Source of the DNA: Verrucomicrobiota bacterium
GTDB taxonomy: Bacteria; Verrucomicrobiota; Verrucomicrobiia; Opitutales; Opitutaceae
Assembly (NCBI GenBank): GCA_040386765.1
Contig: JAZKEV010000402.1
Coordinates: 24,617-88,616, forward strand
Length of the DNA stretch: 64,000 nucleotides
Direction of reading: 5' to 3'
Part shown: one piece after another, positions 9,158 through 21,200 of the stretch
Numbering within the stretch: position 1 is the first letter of the stretch
How the letters are laid out: every line of letters starts with the position of its first letter
Position numbers and translations under genes: made by a program
Notes under the pieces: generated by a model
The model's input: the letters and a program-made list of their open reading frames with translations, nothing else
Databases searched by the model: none
What the model was told of the DNA's origin: nothing

Positions 9158-9600
9158 TCCGGAAATGAGCGTGCGGGCGCGGGCTAAAGCTCGGCGCGGT
9201 GCGAGGCAGGGAGAGGCGGAGAGAGGAACGCTAATCTGCGCTAATCTTTTTGGCGGAAGGGCGTGGCTGGGAGGTGCGGGCTTCGCCTGATCGGCGAAGC
9301 GCGGGCGCGGTGAGCGGAGTTTTTCGGAGGTAAGACGAGGCGCCCCCTCTGAGCGGCGGATGAGTGCGGGTCGATCCCGCTTCTTCCGAAGCGGGCCACG
9401 AATCGAGTGCGGCCCGGTTCGGAAGCGCCGGGATCATTCCAAGCCCTCTCGTGCGACGGCTCGGCGGGGTCGCCTTGCCCTTTCCAGAAGTTGTTTTTCA
9501 CCGACAGTCCATCGGCCTGCGCTTCGCAAATCCGCTCCGATCCCGCGACTCCCGAAAAATTCTGTTTCGACTCCCCGGGTGGCGCGGGCAGGGTGCGCGG

Positions 9601-10869
9601 ATGGCTGAAAAAATCCGAGTGATCGTAGTGGGCGGCGGGGCCGCGGGATTTTTTGGCGCGATCGCGTGCGCCGAGCTGCTGGGCGAGCGCGGCGAGGTGA
9701 CGATCTACGAGGCGACGGCGCATCCCCTCGCGAAGGTGCGGGTCTCGGGTGGCGGGCGCTGCAATGTCACGCATGCCTGCTTCGAACCACGCGAGCTCGT
9801 GAAGCGTTATCCGCGGGGCGGGCGGGAATTGATGGGAGCGTTTCACCGGTGGCAGCCGCGCGATACGGTCGCGTGGTTTGCCGAGCGCGGCGTGGAAACG
9901 AAAACGGAGGAGGATGGCCGGATGTTTCCGGTGACGGACGATTCGGCGACCATCGTGGAGTGCCTCACGCGCGCGGCGGAAACGGCGGGTGTTCGCATGG
10001 TGACGAGCATGGGCGTGCGGAAGATCGAGCAGGTGAGCCGCGACGGCGATGCGCCGAGTTTCTGGGCGACGCTGACAGATGGATCGGGCGTGCGCTACGA
10101 GCGCGTGCTGCTGGCCTCGGGTGGCAATCGGTCTTCGGCGGGGTTTACGATCGCGGAGTCGCTGGGGCACGCGATCGAGCCGCTGGTGCCGTCGCTCTTC
10201 ACGTTTCACATCGACGACGCGCGGTTGATCGGGCTCTCGGGTGTCTCAGTGGAAAATGCGGTGACGAGCGTGCCCGGCACGAAGCTCCGCGAGAGCGGTC
10301 CGCTGCTGATCACGCACTGGGGGCTGAGCGGGCCGGCGATCCTGAAGCTCTCGGCGTGGGGCGCGCGCGAACTGGCGGCGATGAAATACGAATTTCCCGT
10401 GCTGGTGAACTGGGCGCCGCCGCACACGCGGGAATCGCTGGCGCGCGAGCTCACCGGCGTGCGCGAAAAAAATCAGCGGAAGCAGATCGCGACCTGGAGC
10501 CCGCTCGCGATGCCCCAGCGGCTGTGGGAGCGGCTGGTGACCTCGGCGGGCATCGCGGCGACGACCACGTGGAATGGCGTGAGCAATGCCGCGCTCGCCA
10601 ACCTCGCGACGCAGATCTCCGGGGCCGAGTTGAAGGTGGTGGGGAAGAGCCTCTTTAAGGATGAGTTTGTCACCTGCGGCGGCGTGCGGCTGACCGAGGT
10701 GGATTTCCGGACGATGGAGAGCAGGTTGTGTCCGGGACTGCACTTCGCCGGGGAAGTGCTGGATATAGATGGAGTTACGGGAGGCTTCAATTTTCAGGCG
10801 GCGTGGACCACGGGGCGGATCGCGGGCACCGCGATGGCCGCCAGTGGCGGGGATGTTACGACGACGTGA
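9601..10869 (+). CDS. HI0933/BaiN family NAD(P)/FAD-dependent oxidoreductase
   Basis: GGGAAG, KVRVSGGGRCNVT, GRMFP, LITHWGLSGP, VTCGGV, FAGEVLDIDGVTGGFNFQAAW. Confidence 0.92.
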   Translation: MAEKIRVIVVGGGAAGFFGAIACAELLGERGEVTIYEATAHPLAKVRVSGGGRCNVTHACFEPRELVKRYPRGGRELMGAFHRWQPRDTVAWFAERGVETKTEEDGRMFPVTDDSATIVECLTRAAETAGVRMVTSMGVRKIEQVSRDGDAPSFWATLTDGSGVRYERVLLASGGNRSSAGFTIAESLGHAIEPLVPSLFTFHIDDARLIGLSGVSVENAVTSVPGTKLRESGPLLITHWGLSGPAILKLSAWGARELAAMKYEFPVLVNWAPPHTRESLARELTGVREKNQRKQIATWSPLAMPQRLWERLVTSAGIAATTTWNGVSNAALANLATQISGAELKVVGKSLFKDEFVTCGGVRLTEVDFRTMESRLCPGLHFAGEVLDIDGVTGGFNFQAAWTTGRIAGTAMAASGGDVTTT

Positions 10870-11050
10870 CGGGCCGGTGCCGACTTGCCTCGCGGAGGCG
10901 GGACCGGTCAGCGTGCAGGCGTCAGGAATCGTTCTTTCTCCCTCAATCCAGTGTAGGCCGGATTCATCACCGTCGGGCCGTGCAGCGAGACGTTCTCGCT
11001 TCGTTGTTCAGCCCTTGGCGGCGCAAGTCCGGCCAAGAAAGGAGTACCTC

Positions 11051-12553
11051 ATGAATCCCGACCAACTTATCCTCTGGCAGCGCATCCAGGCGCACGTCCT
11101 GGATGACCCGAAAAGTGCGGCGCCGTTTTCGCTGCGACTCGCGGCCGAAAATGGCTGGAAGCCCGGTTTCACCGACCGGGCCATCGAAGAGTATCGCCGG
11201 TTCGCGTTCCTCGCGGCGGCCTCGGGACACCCGGTCTCACCGCCGGATGTCATCGACCAGGTGTGGCACCTGCACCTGCTCTACACCCGCGATTACTGGG
11301 GCGAGTTCTGCCCCAACACGCTTGGCATGGCGCTGCACCATGGCCCGGCCCGCGGCGGCGCGGCTGAGGCAGATAAGTTCACGGACTGGTATGCGAAGAC
11401 ACTCGCGAGTTATCGCCGCTTTTTCGGCGAACCGCCGACGGAGATCTGGCCGGAAAGGCCGATGCACCCGCGGGCGATGCGGGTGGATACCGGCCGCAAC
11501 TGGGTGGTGCCGAAGCCGCGGCTGACGCGATTTGCCGGGTGGTTCAATCGGCCCGCAGCGCACGACAAGGCGGCGACGACGCACCTGTCGAGCGTGCAGC
11601 CGGAACGGCCGGCGCTGCTGAGCGCTGCGTGGGTGGCGCTGGCCGCGGTGCAAACACCGGCGCACGAGTGGCCGTTCGACCTTCGGGGGCCGCAGTTCCT
11701 GCTGTTCTTCGTGGTGTTCGGGATCGGGCTCTTTTTCCTGGCGCGGTGGCTGCGCAGGTGGCTGCAAGGGCCCGACGAGCCGAGCGACATCGACGCGTTG
11801 TCGCCCTATGAAGTGGCGCACCTCGCCGGTGGGCCGCAGCGGGTCTTCGTCGCGGCGCTCGCCACCTCGGCCCAACAACGCCTGGTCCTTGTGGGGAAGG
11901 ACGCCGTGGTTCGCACCCAGACGCCGATGCCACCGGGCCTGCCGATTGTGGAGCGCGCCATCTGCGCGGCGGCGCGCGAAACGGGATCGACATTGAAGTC
12001 GGTTCGCGAAGCGACGGCGGGCGCGTTGGCTTCGGTTAAGGCGGCCTTGGGCGAGCGCGGCTTCCTCCTGGAGGAAACGAAACTGACGATCGCGCGCTTC
12101 GCCCCTGGAGCCGTGATCGCGCTTGGGACGATCATAGGTATCCAAAAGATCTCCATCGGTATGGCACTCGGACGACCGGTGGCCTTCCTCGTCATCCTGA
12201 CGGTGGTCAGTGGGTTGGTCGCTCTGGGTTTCATGCTGCGGCCGCCGCGGCTCACGGGTCGCGGCCGGGCAGCGCTGCGACAGTTGGAAGAAAGGCACAC
12301 TCGCATTGCCCACCTGTCGCAGCCGCAGGTGCAGGCGCCCGAGGGATTGCTGCTGATTCCACTGGCCGTCGGCCTCTTTGGCGTGACGGCGCTCCATGGC
12401 ACGGAGTTGGAGAATGTGGCGAAGCATGGTGTGCCGCGGGCAGGAGACGGCGGGTCGGGCGGTTGTGGCTCGGGTTGCTCGACGGGCGGATGCAGCGGTG
12501 GCGGTGGTGGAGGTGGAGGTGGAGGCTGCGGCGGGTGCGGTGGCGGCGACTAG
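11051..12553 (+). CDS. TIGR04222-type membrane protein with N-terminal GRDP-like domain and Gly/Cys-rich tail
   Basis: AAGGAG RBS; EEYRRF..L, P..IDQVWHLHLLYTRDY, GPQFL..F, PYEVAHLAGG; C-terminus GGCGSGCS...GGCGGCGGGD. Confidence 0.8.
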   Translation: MNPDQLILWQRIQAHVLDDPKSAAPFSLRLAAENGWKPGFTDRAIEEYRRFAFLAAASGHPVSPPDVIDQVWHLHLLYTRDYWGEFCPNTLGMALHHGPARGGAAEADKFTDWYAKTLASYRRFFGEPPTEIWPERPMHPRAMRVDTGRNWVVPKPRLTRFAGWFNRPAAHDKAATTHLSSVQPERPALLSAAWVALAAVQTPAHEWPFDLRGPQFLLFFVVFGIGLFFLARWLRRWLQGPDEPSDIDALSPYEVAHLAGGPQRVFVAALATSAQQRLVLVGKDAVVRTQTPMPPGLPIVERAICAAARETGSTLKSVREATAGALASVKAALGERGFLLEETKLTIARFAPGAVIALGTIIGIQKISIGMALGRPVAFLVILTVVSGLVALGFMLRPPRLTGRGRAALRQLEERHTRIAHLSQPQVQAPEGLLLIPLAVGLFGVTALHGTELENVAKHGVPRAGDGGSGGCGSGCSTGGCSGGGGGGGGGGCGGCGGGD

Positions 12554-12619
12554 GCCCGCGCGGAAGCGCTTGCGACCGGGGCGGGAGGGCTGCGACTCTC
12601 CCGCCTCTTTCGTTTTTAA

Positions 12620-13594
12620 ATGCCGACGTATCTCGAACTGCTCTTGCTGGTGCTGCCGGTGTTCATGCTCATCGGCGTGGGCGTGGCAGTGCGGCGGCTG
12701 CACTGGATCGAGGGCGAGGCGGAGACGAGCTTGATCCGGCTGGTGGTCAACGTCTGCTACCCCTGCCTGATTTTCGAATCGGTGGTGAACAACGCCGCGC
12801 TGCAATCGCCGGGCAACCTGCTGTTGCCGCCGCTGCTGGGCTTTGGGATCACGGTGCTGGGCATCCGCGCGGGTCTGCTCATGGCCAAGGCGATCGGGCT
12901 GCACGTAGGCTCGGGCCTGCGGACCTTTGCGCTGGCCGTGGGCATCACCAACTACGGCTACCTGCCGCTGCCGATCATGGGAGCGATGTGGGGCGCGGAT
13001 AGCCGCGGTGTGCTGCTCGTCCACAATGTCGGGGTGGAGATCGCGATCTGGACGGTGGGCGAGCTGGTGCTGAGCGGACAGTCGCTGCGCGAAGGCTGGC
13101 GGAAGTTGATCAGCCCGATCCTCATCACGCTGATCCTCGGCGTCGCGTGCAATCTCCTCGGGCTCGCGCCGTATATTCCCACCGTGGCCAATACGACGAT
13201 TCACGCGCTCGCCGTGTGTGCAATCCCGCTGGGCTTGATCATGACGGGCGTAAACCTCGCCCAATACCTTCACGAGCCGCGTGAGCTCTTCGATGCCAAG
13301 ATCGCGGGCGCGGCGATGGTGCTGCGCCTGGGCATCCTGCCGATCGTGATTCTGGTGGTGGCAAAATATCTGCCGTTGTTGGTGCCCTCGGTGTCTGTCG
13401 AATTGCAGCGCGTGCTCGTCGTGCAGGCCGCGATGCCGGCGGCCGTGATCCCGATCATCATCGCCAAGCTCTACGGCGGGCATCCGCGCACGGCGGTGCA
13501 GATCGTGCTCGGCACGACGGCGCTGGGAATTTTCGTGATTCCGCTTTGGCTGCGGGCGGGTATGGCGTGGGTCGGAGTGGCGGCGGGGAAGTAG
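12620..13594 (+). CDS. AEC (auxin efflux carrier) family transporter
   Basis: About 10 TM helices; PCLIF, NYGYLPLP, QAAMPAA. Confidence 0.9.
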   Translation: MPTYLELLLLVLPVFMLIGVGVAVRRLHWIEGEAETSLIRLVVNVCYPCLIFESVVNNAALQSPGNLLLPPLLGFGITVLGIRAGLLMAKAIGLHVGSGLRTFALAVGITNYGYLPLPIMGAMWGADSRGVLLVHNVGVEIAIWTVGELVLSGQSLREGWRKLISPILITLILGVACNLLGLAPYIPTVANTTIHALAVCAIPLGLIMTGVNLAQYLHEPRELFDAKIAGAAMVLRLGILPIVILVVAKYLPLLVPSVSVELQRVLVVQAAMPAAVIPIIIAKLYGGHPRTAVQIVLGTTALGIFVIPLWLRAGMAWVGVAAGK

Positions 13595-13759
13595 GTCCAC
13601 GTTGCTCGTTGCCGAGCCGTCGCGCTTGCGCGTGCGAGGATCCCACGTTTTTCGCAGGTGCACCGCGTGACGGCTCACCGGGGACGGTTCACCCTACCTC
13701 AATGCGTCCGCGATTCCGCCGCGTGGCAGGCCTCCAGTTCCCAGACCAGCTTACCGTGC

Positions 13760-15043
13760 CTACAGCGTCTTCAGTCGGTACCGGCGGGTTTCCAGCTGGG
13801 CGTTCAGGGAATAAAAGGAGACGACGTCTTCGAGACGGGCCAAGAGCCACGGGACGGAGTAGGACGAACCGTTCTTGGTGAAGACGATGTTGTCCGCGAT
13901 GTAGACGCAGGAGTGGATGCCGTTGCCGCCGCCTTCCACGAGCATGACGATGTCGCCGAGCCTCGGGGTGTCGTCGACCCGGCGGTAGTTGTTGAGGAGC
14001 GTCTGGAGGGCAAACTCAGTGTTGGCCAGGCGGTCGTCGGCCTGCGGCTGATAGAAATTGAGCGACGTCCAGTGACAGTCGCGGTTGTGGTCGGACTCGC
14101 GGCCGGTGGGCGTGGGGTAGGTGTATAGCAGCTGCCGGGGCAGGGGCGGAAGAAGGTGTACGATGTCGATGGAGCCGCCTTGCGGGCGCTGGGCGAGCGA
14201 GTGCAGAAGGGGCTTGAGATCCTTGCTGCGGCGGCCGCTGCCCCAGTAGTCGGCCATCGTATCGATATCGGTATTGGGCGCGACGTGGACCTGCACGAAG
14301 ATCGCGGATTTGCGCGAGAGCGTCTTCAGAAAGTCGATACGCTCGCCGGTCGTGGGGATCAGCGGGAGGATGAGGTCGTGATCGGAGAGGAGCACGCTGT
14401 TCTTGCGCCGGTAAAGCAGCCGGCGGGTGAGCGCGGCGACCTCAGGTGCGAGCGCTGGATCGTCGAGCCAGCTGTCGACGAACTCGGTGCGGGAGCGGAA
14501 CGGATCGCGGTGGATCGCGTTTTCGGGAAAGGCCGCGAGCGCGCCGTAGAGGATCGCGCGGGTCTCCGCCGTAAGCTCGAGGACGAGGTCGTGCGGCGGA
14601 GCGATGACGATGCCCGTCGACTCGGTGGTGCGATGCCGCGGGTCGTTGAGGGTGGCGCGCTGCGTGTCGGTGAGTTTTGCCTCCTGCCAGAGGGCTTCAA
14701 GTTTCTCGGACGTATAGCCGCGGAATTCCCATCGTAGCGGCTGGGGAACCGTAAAGGCCGGCAGCACGAAATCCCGCGGCGGCTCGATGAAGACGCGGGA
14801 GGATTCCAACTGGCCCCACGGGCCGACTTTGCCGGGGGCGGGTGCCCATTGGTTGGATTGCCCGGCAATCACGGGAGGAACAGCTTGGGGTGCGATGGCC
14901 GCGGACGGGACCGGGGTGGACGCGAGCGCAGGCGGCGTCGGAGTGACGCACAGGAGCCAGAAAACGACGGTCCATGGTGCGACTACGACCGCGCCGAGGA
15001 CTAACCAACCCAGGCGGGAAATATGGACGGGAGCAGCAGACAT
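13760..15043 (-). CDS. Membrane-anchored protein with C-terminal papain-like / NlpC-P60-like motif
   Basis: N-terminal TM plus Pro-rich linker; C-terminal RDCHWTSLNF...LGDIV...HSCVYIAD..VFTKNG. Confidence 0.6.
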   Translation of the reverse strand: MSAAPVHISRLGWLVLGAVVVAPWTVVFWLLCVTPTPPALASTPVPSAAIAPQAVPPVIAGQSNQWAPAPGKVGPWGQLESSRVFIEPPRDFVLPAFTVPQPLRWEFRGYTSEKLEALWQEAKLTDTQRATLNDPRHRTTESTGIVIAPPHDLVLELTAETRAILYGALAAFPENAIHRDPFRSRTEFVDSWLDDPALAPEVAALTRRLLYRRKNSVLLSDHDLILPLIPTTGERIDFLKTLSRKSAIFVQVHVAPNTDIDTMADYWGSGRRSKDLKPLLHSLAQRPQGGSIDIVHLLPPLPRQLLYTYPTPTGRESDHNRDCHWTSLNFYQPQADDRLANTEFALQTLLNNYRRVDDTPRLGDIVMLVEGGGNGIHSCVYIADNIVFTKNGSSYSVPWLLARLEDVVSFYSLNAQLETRRYRLKTL

Positions 15044-15273
15044 CAGAGAGGCAGGGCAGCGAGACGGACCACGCTACGCCGGGGTCGGTGCCGGGCGATG
15101 TCAAATGGTGAAACTACGCGAGGGGGGCGGAGTAGTTTTCCTCGCAGCCCGGCTCTTGCGAGGTGGGACGGGCATGTACAGCAGGCGTCGCGTTTCCCTG
15201 CTCTTCCGAGAAGGGCTACACCGATCCCAAACTCAACACGCCGCAAGTCCGGTCCGAGGGGAGAGGGTCGCTC

Positions 15274-18200
15274 TCAGGCGGCCAGCGGGGCTTGGGCCTT
15301 GGCTTTGTTCCAGCGCCAGCGGCGCCAGGCGAGGAAGCCGAGACAGCCGGAGAAGAAGATCGCGCCGTAGGTGGAGGGCTCGGGCGTCGGGAAGGTCGGG
15401 CGGATTTCGCGATTCAGCCAGCCGTCGTGATTACCGGAGACCCACGTGGTGGTCATGCCCGTGTAGTTGTAACCGGGGTGATTGGCGAAAGTGATCTGAT
15501 TCATCACCGGGCCGCCGAAGACATCGGCGCCGGGGAGGGTGCCGACGCCGGTCACGGTGTTGGTGGCGTACCATGTGGAGCGAGCCGCTTCGCCACCGGA
15601 GCCGATCCAGTTGACCACGGTGATGACCGCAGAGGGATCGATGATCAGGTTGGTGGATTTCAGCCAGGTATCGGCGGTGCCGCCGAAATCGAGAGTAACG
15701 CTGCCTTTGAGCTCGATGGTGCCGAACTGGACATGCACACCGGCGCCCAGCGCGAGCGTGCCGCCATCGACGATGAGCTTCGAGGTGGTGCCGGCATTGA
15801 AGGAGTAGTTGAAGGCTAGAGTGCCGGCGCCCGTCTTCTCGAAGGTGCCGCCGCCGGTGGTGCCGCCCGCGAGATCGGCCGCGATGCCGCCGTTGAAGGT
15901 CGCGGTAACGCCCGCCGTGAGATTGGCGGTGACGGTGCCGCCGCTCGCGATCACCAGGGTGGTGCCGGCGGCGGTGTCGAAGTCGCGGGTGCTGAGCTTG
16001 GCGCCGCCTGTGCCAGTGACTTGGATCTTGCCGGCGCTGAGGGTGACGTTGCCGACGACGCTGTTGCTGGTCGCGGCGGCAGTGAGGCCGAGCGTGAGGA
16101 CGCCGGTGCCTTCCTTGGAGATATTGACGGCGGTGGCGGTCGTGGCACCCATGCTCAGGGAGCCATTGACCGTGACGTTGCCGTTATACGTGGAGTGGCC
16201 GAAGGTGAGGGTCTGCGTGTTGCCCGCCGTGCTGGTGATGCCGAGGCCGGTCGTGGCATTGCCCATCGTGAGGGAGGCACCGCTGTTGGCGGTGATCCGG
16301 GTGGCGTTGCCGGCATTGCTGACCACCGTGGTCTGGCCGTTGAAGGTATTTGCGCCGGAGGTGCTGCGGAGGGCGCCGGCGCCCGCCGTGCCAGTACCGG
16401 TGATCTGGAGCGATTCGCCACCAACGCTGATATTGTTTTCGAGATTGAGCGCAGCGCCGTTGGCGACGTAGGTGCCGTTGGCGCCGGTGGAGATCGCGCC
16501 GAGCGCATCGCCGTGCTGAATAACTACGGTGCCGGCCTGGATATCGGTTTTACCTTGGTAGCCGCTGCCGGCGGTGAGGGTGAGGGTGCCGGTGCCGTCC
16601 TTGATGACCTGGGCGGAAGCGTTGCCGGTATTGATCGAGCCGTTGACGGTGGTGTTGCCCACGCCGCCGAAGGTGACCGTCTTGTTCAACGCCACCGCGC
16701 CGGCATCCTGGGAGGTGATGTTGGTATTGAGCGTGAGGGTGTTGCCCGCGGTGTTGGAATTGATGCGGGCGTTGTCGTCGAGGTTGATCCAGCCGGCGCC
16801 TGCGGTGCCCCAGCTGTTGTTGCCGTTGATATTGCTGAGGGCGCCGAGGCCATTGTAACCGTTGCCGGAGAGGACGAGGAGCTCCTTGGTGATGGCGATG
16901 CCGTTGCCGTCGAGCTGGAGCGTGCCGTTGAGGCCGGAGCCGGTGTTATAGGTGACGAAGGTGGCATTTTCGCGCGTGGGCGAGGCAGCCAGCGGTGAGG
17001 AGCCGAGGGGGCTGTTGAAGCCGTTCGCCGGACTGTTCGGGTTGACGATCGTGCCGGCGGTGACGCGCAGGGTGCCGTTAGCGACCGTCGTGGAGAGGTC
17101 GTACTCGTTGGCGCTATTGCTGAGGGTCATCACGCCCGTGCCCAGTTTCACGATCGCGCCGTTCTGGACGATCGCACCGATGCTGAAGTCGGAAATGCTG
17201 CCGCCGCCGGAGCTGACGGTGAAGGTGCGGGTGGAATCGGGGTCGAAGGTATCGTAGCCGGCCGCGCGGTGGAGAGTGAGGCTGAGGTAGTCGCTCGAGC
17301 CGGAGATGTTGGCGGTGTCGGAAGCGTGGCCCGTTACGTTGACATCGGAGCTGAGGTAGAGCGTCGACTTGTGGGCGCTGGGGGTGAGTGCGGCGAGATT
17401 GATATCGCCGCCGCCCGTGAGGGTGAGGGGCCCGAGAGTCTGCTGGTTGCCGTTGAGCTCGAGGGTGCCGCCGCGATTGATCGTGACGGGGACCAGCATC
17501 GAGATCGCTTCGCTGGCGGTGTTGGGCGAGGCCGAGACGCCGAGGCGGACGGTGGCGCCGGTGCTCGTGCCATCGGCCTTGCCGATGGTGAGGTTGCCGT
17601 TGATGGCGTGGAAAGAGGCTGTGACCGGATCGTGCGGAGCGATCGTGCCATTGGTGCGTGTATCCAGAATCAGGACACCTTGGTTGACCGTGGTGTTACC
17701 GGTGTAGCTGTTGGCGAGGGCATTCATCCGCACGGTGGCGGTGGTCGAGGCCATATCGACGACCACGTGGCCCTTCTGGGTCGTTTCCGGCTGGGTCGTC
17801 GGCACGGTGGAGTTGGCGACGGCGGGGAAGATGGTGCGCGTCTCCTGACCGGCGAAGTCGCGGATGCGATCGACGACGAGGATATCGCCGGTGCCTCCGA
17901 AGGTGAGGGTATTGCCGCTGCCGAGCGTGATGTAGCCGGCTTCTCCGGGAGGGGCGGTATGGCCGGACGGGCCCCACACCGGCTTAAGGGTGCTATCGCC
18001 GAGGTTCAGAGTGGACGAGCCGTTGTTATTGATCGCGAGACTGCCGTTCAGGCTGATGTCACGCAGGGTGAGGCTGCCCACTCCGCTCTTCGTGATGCTG
18101 CTGCCGGCGCCGGTCGAGAGGGAGCCACCGAAATTGCCCGTGGAGGCGGAGTTGATCGTCAGCGCATGGCTCGCGGCGAGATTGATCGTGCCTCCGCTGC

Positions 18201-21200
18201 CGGTCAGGCCGGCAAGGGTTTGGGAGGTGTTGTTGAGGTTCAGGGTTGCGCCGCTGAACATCTCGACCGAGCTGCCACCGGTGTTGCCGAGAGACGAGCC
18301 GGCGTTGACCGTGAGGTTGCCGGCGCCTACGAGCCATGAACCCGCGAACGTGTTGCTTGCGCTAGTGAGGCTGGTGGTGCCGGAGCCTGCCTGGTAGATC
18401 GAGCCGGTCCCACTGATCGCGTTGGCGATCGAGGCGGTGTTGCTGCGGTAGAACCAGAGCTGACCGCTCGCACCGACGCTGACCGCTCCGGCTCCGATGG
18501 TGCCGGTGGTTCCGCCGTTGCCCATGGAGAGAACACCGCCGTTGACCGTGGTGGTCCCTGCGTAGGCGTTCGCCCCGGAAAGGGTCATGGTGCCGGCGCC
18601 TTCCTTGACGAGGTTCAAGGTACCGCCGGTATCTTGGATCACGCCAGAGAAGATCGTGGTACCACCGTTGCCGCCCGTCGTGAGCGTCATGCCGGTCCCG
18701 TTGATATTATCCACCGTGCCGGCACCGGCGAGAGAGCCGATGGTTTCGTTCTGGCCGTTGTTGAGGCGAAGGACGCTTCCGCTCGCGACCGTCACGGCGG
18801 CGAGGTCGCCGATACCGGCATTGGCGACGCTCTTGGTGATCTCGACATTGCCGACGTTTACATTGAATGCGCCCGAGGTGGAATTCACCCCCGTACCGCT
18901 GAGGGTCAGGGTGCCGGCCCCGAGCTTGGTGAGGGAGCCGGTGCCACTCATGGCGCTAGCGACGTTGATGGAGTCGGAGCGGTTAAAGATGAGTGCGCCG
19001 TTATTGGTTAGGGCTCCGGTGCTGAGCGAGCCTGTGGTGCCGCCGTTGCCGATTTGAAGCGTGCCGGCGCTAATGGTGGTGGTGCCGGTGAGCCCATTGG
19101 TGCCGATCAGCGTCGTGGTGCCCGCGCCGGCTTGGACGAGCGTGCCCGTGCCACTCAGGGTATTGGCGACGCTGATGGAGTCGGAACGATTGAAGGTGAG
19201 GTTGGTACCGCCGTTGATCGTGACGGCACCGGCGCCGAGCTGCCCGGTGGTGCCACCATTGCCGACCTGGATGGCGCCGCCATTGATCGTGAGCGTGCCG
19301 GCGTAGGTATTGGCTCCGGACAGGGTCAGCGTGCCGGCGCTGTTTTTGATAAGGCTTATGGCTCCGTTCGAGTCCTGAATCACACCGGCAAATTCGGTGT
19401 TCGCTGCCTGATTGAGCGTAAGGGTGATCGCAGCCGCATTGGTGTTGTCGATGGTGCCGCCCGTGCCGGTGAGGTTGCCCATCGTTTCGTTTCTGCCGCC
19501 GCTGAATTTGAGGAGGCCACTGCCGGAGATAGTGACATTGGAGGAACCGAGGCCGCGGTTGTCGCCGCCGGTCTTGGCGATCTCGAGCGTGCCGCCGCTG
19601 ATCGTGGTCGTGCCATAGATCGTATTGGTGCTCGTACCACCGAGGACGAGGGTGCCAGCGCTGATCGTTGTATTACTATGGCCGAGGATTCCGGTCAGAG
19701 TGGTGGTGCCGCTGCCGATCTGGCTCACGCCGCCGAGGCCTGAGGTGGGATTGGCGATGCTCAGGGCGGCATCGGTCCGATTAAAGGCGAGGACGCTGTT
19801 GGCAGCGTTGAGGGCGATGGTGGCCGTGGCATTGTTGCCAATTGAGCCGGTGGTGCCGCCGGCACCGATTTGCACGGTGCCTGCATTGATGGTGAGGGAG
19901 CCATCATGGGTGTTGGTGCCGGACAGGATCAGCGTGCCATTGCCGCCCTTGACGAGCGAGAGCTTGCCCGCGCCGGTTTCTTCAAGGATACCGGAGAAGG
20001 TCGTCGATGTGCCGTCACCGCCGACGGTGAGGATGCGATTGCTGCCACCGGTCAGACGGATCGTACCGGCACCGGCGATCGAGCCGACCGTCTCACTGTA
20101 GTTTACCAGATCGAAAACCGCGCCCGACGCGACCGTGACGGCGGTCGTATCGGCCAGGCGGTCGTTGTTGCCGAGCCGCAGGGTGCCGTTATTGATATTG
20201 GTGGGCCCGACGTAGGTGTTGGAGCCGGAAAGTGTCAGCACGCCGGTGCCGGTCTTTGTCAGCGTGAGGTTGCCCGTACCGGTGTCTTCGATGGCTCCGG
20301 AAAAGGTTGTCGAGGCATTGGTACCACCCACCGTAAGCGTACGGTTATTGGCGCCGGAAAGCCGAATCGTACCGGCGCCGGCGATCGAGCCCAGCGTCTC
20401 ATTGTAGTTATCGAGATCGAAGAAGGCACCGGAGGATACCGTGAGGGCCGAAGAATTGGAGATGCGTTCGTCGGCGCCGAGTTTCAGGGTGCCACCGGTG
20501 ACATTCGTGGTGCCGGTATAGCTGTTGGCGCCCGTGAGCGTGGTGATGCCGGCGGCGACTGTGACATTGCCCGTGCCGCTGATGACATTGGAGACGGAGA
20601 GGGTATCGCGGCTGAAAGTCAGGTTGCCGTTGTTGGTGACGCTCCCCGTGCCGAGGGTGCCCGAGCTGCCGCCCGAGCTGCCGATCTGCAAGGTGCCTGC
20701 GCTGATGGTGGTCGTGCCCGAGTACGTGTTGGCGCCCGTGAGCGTGAGGGTGGCAGTGCCGCCCTTGGTCATACCTACGGTGCCGAGAATCGGGGCACTG
20801 ATGGTGGCCGTATTGTTGACCGTGAGGAGCGCGCTTCCCGTCAGCGTCAGGCTGTTGGAAGCGGCTGCCGCCACGACATAATTGTTGGTACTGAAAACCA
20901 GGCTGTTGGCGTGGACGGTGCCCCCGACGGCGTTGATTGTAACCGTGCCAACAGTGCCTTGAAAGATCGCGTTATCGTCCGGATCGGTGTTGGACCAAGC
21001 CTGCAAAGCGCCGCCCGTGGAGCCGTTGCGCCACAGACTGCTCGAAAGATTCCACGTGCCGGTGCCGCCTGTGCCGCTGCTGCCGCCGTTTTGGTCCCAA
21101 TAGAGGTTCGTTTGCGCCTGCGCTGTCGAATTAACGCCAATGACTGCAACGAGAGTGGCGAGGGCCGCGAGACCAAGGCTGAAAGACGAGCGTGCGCAAA

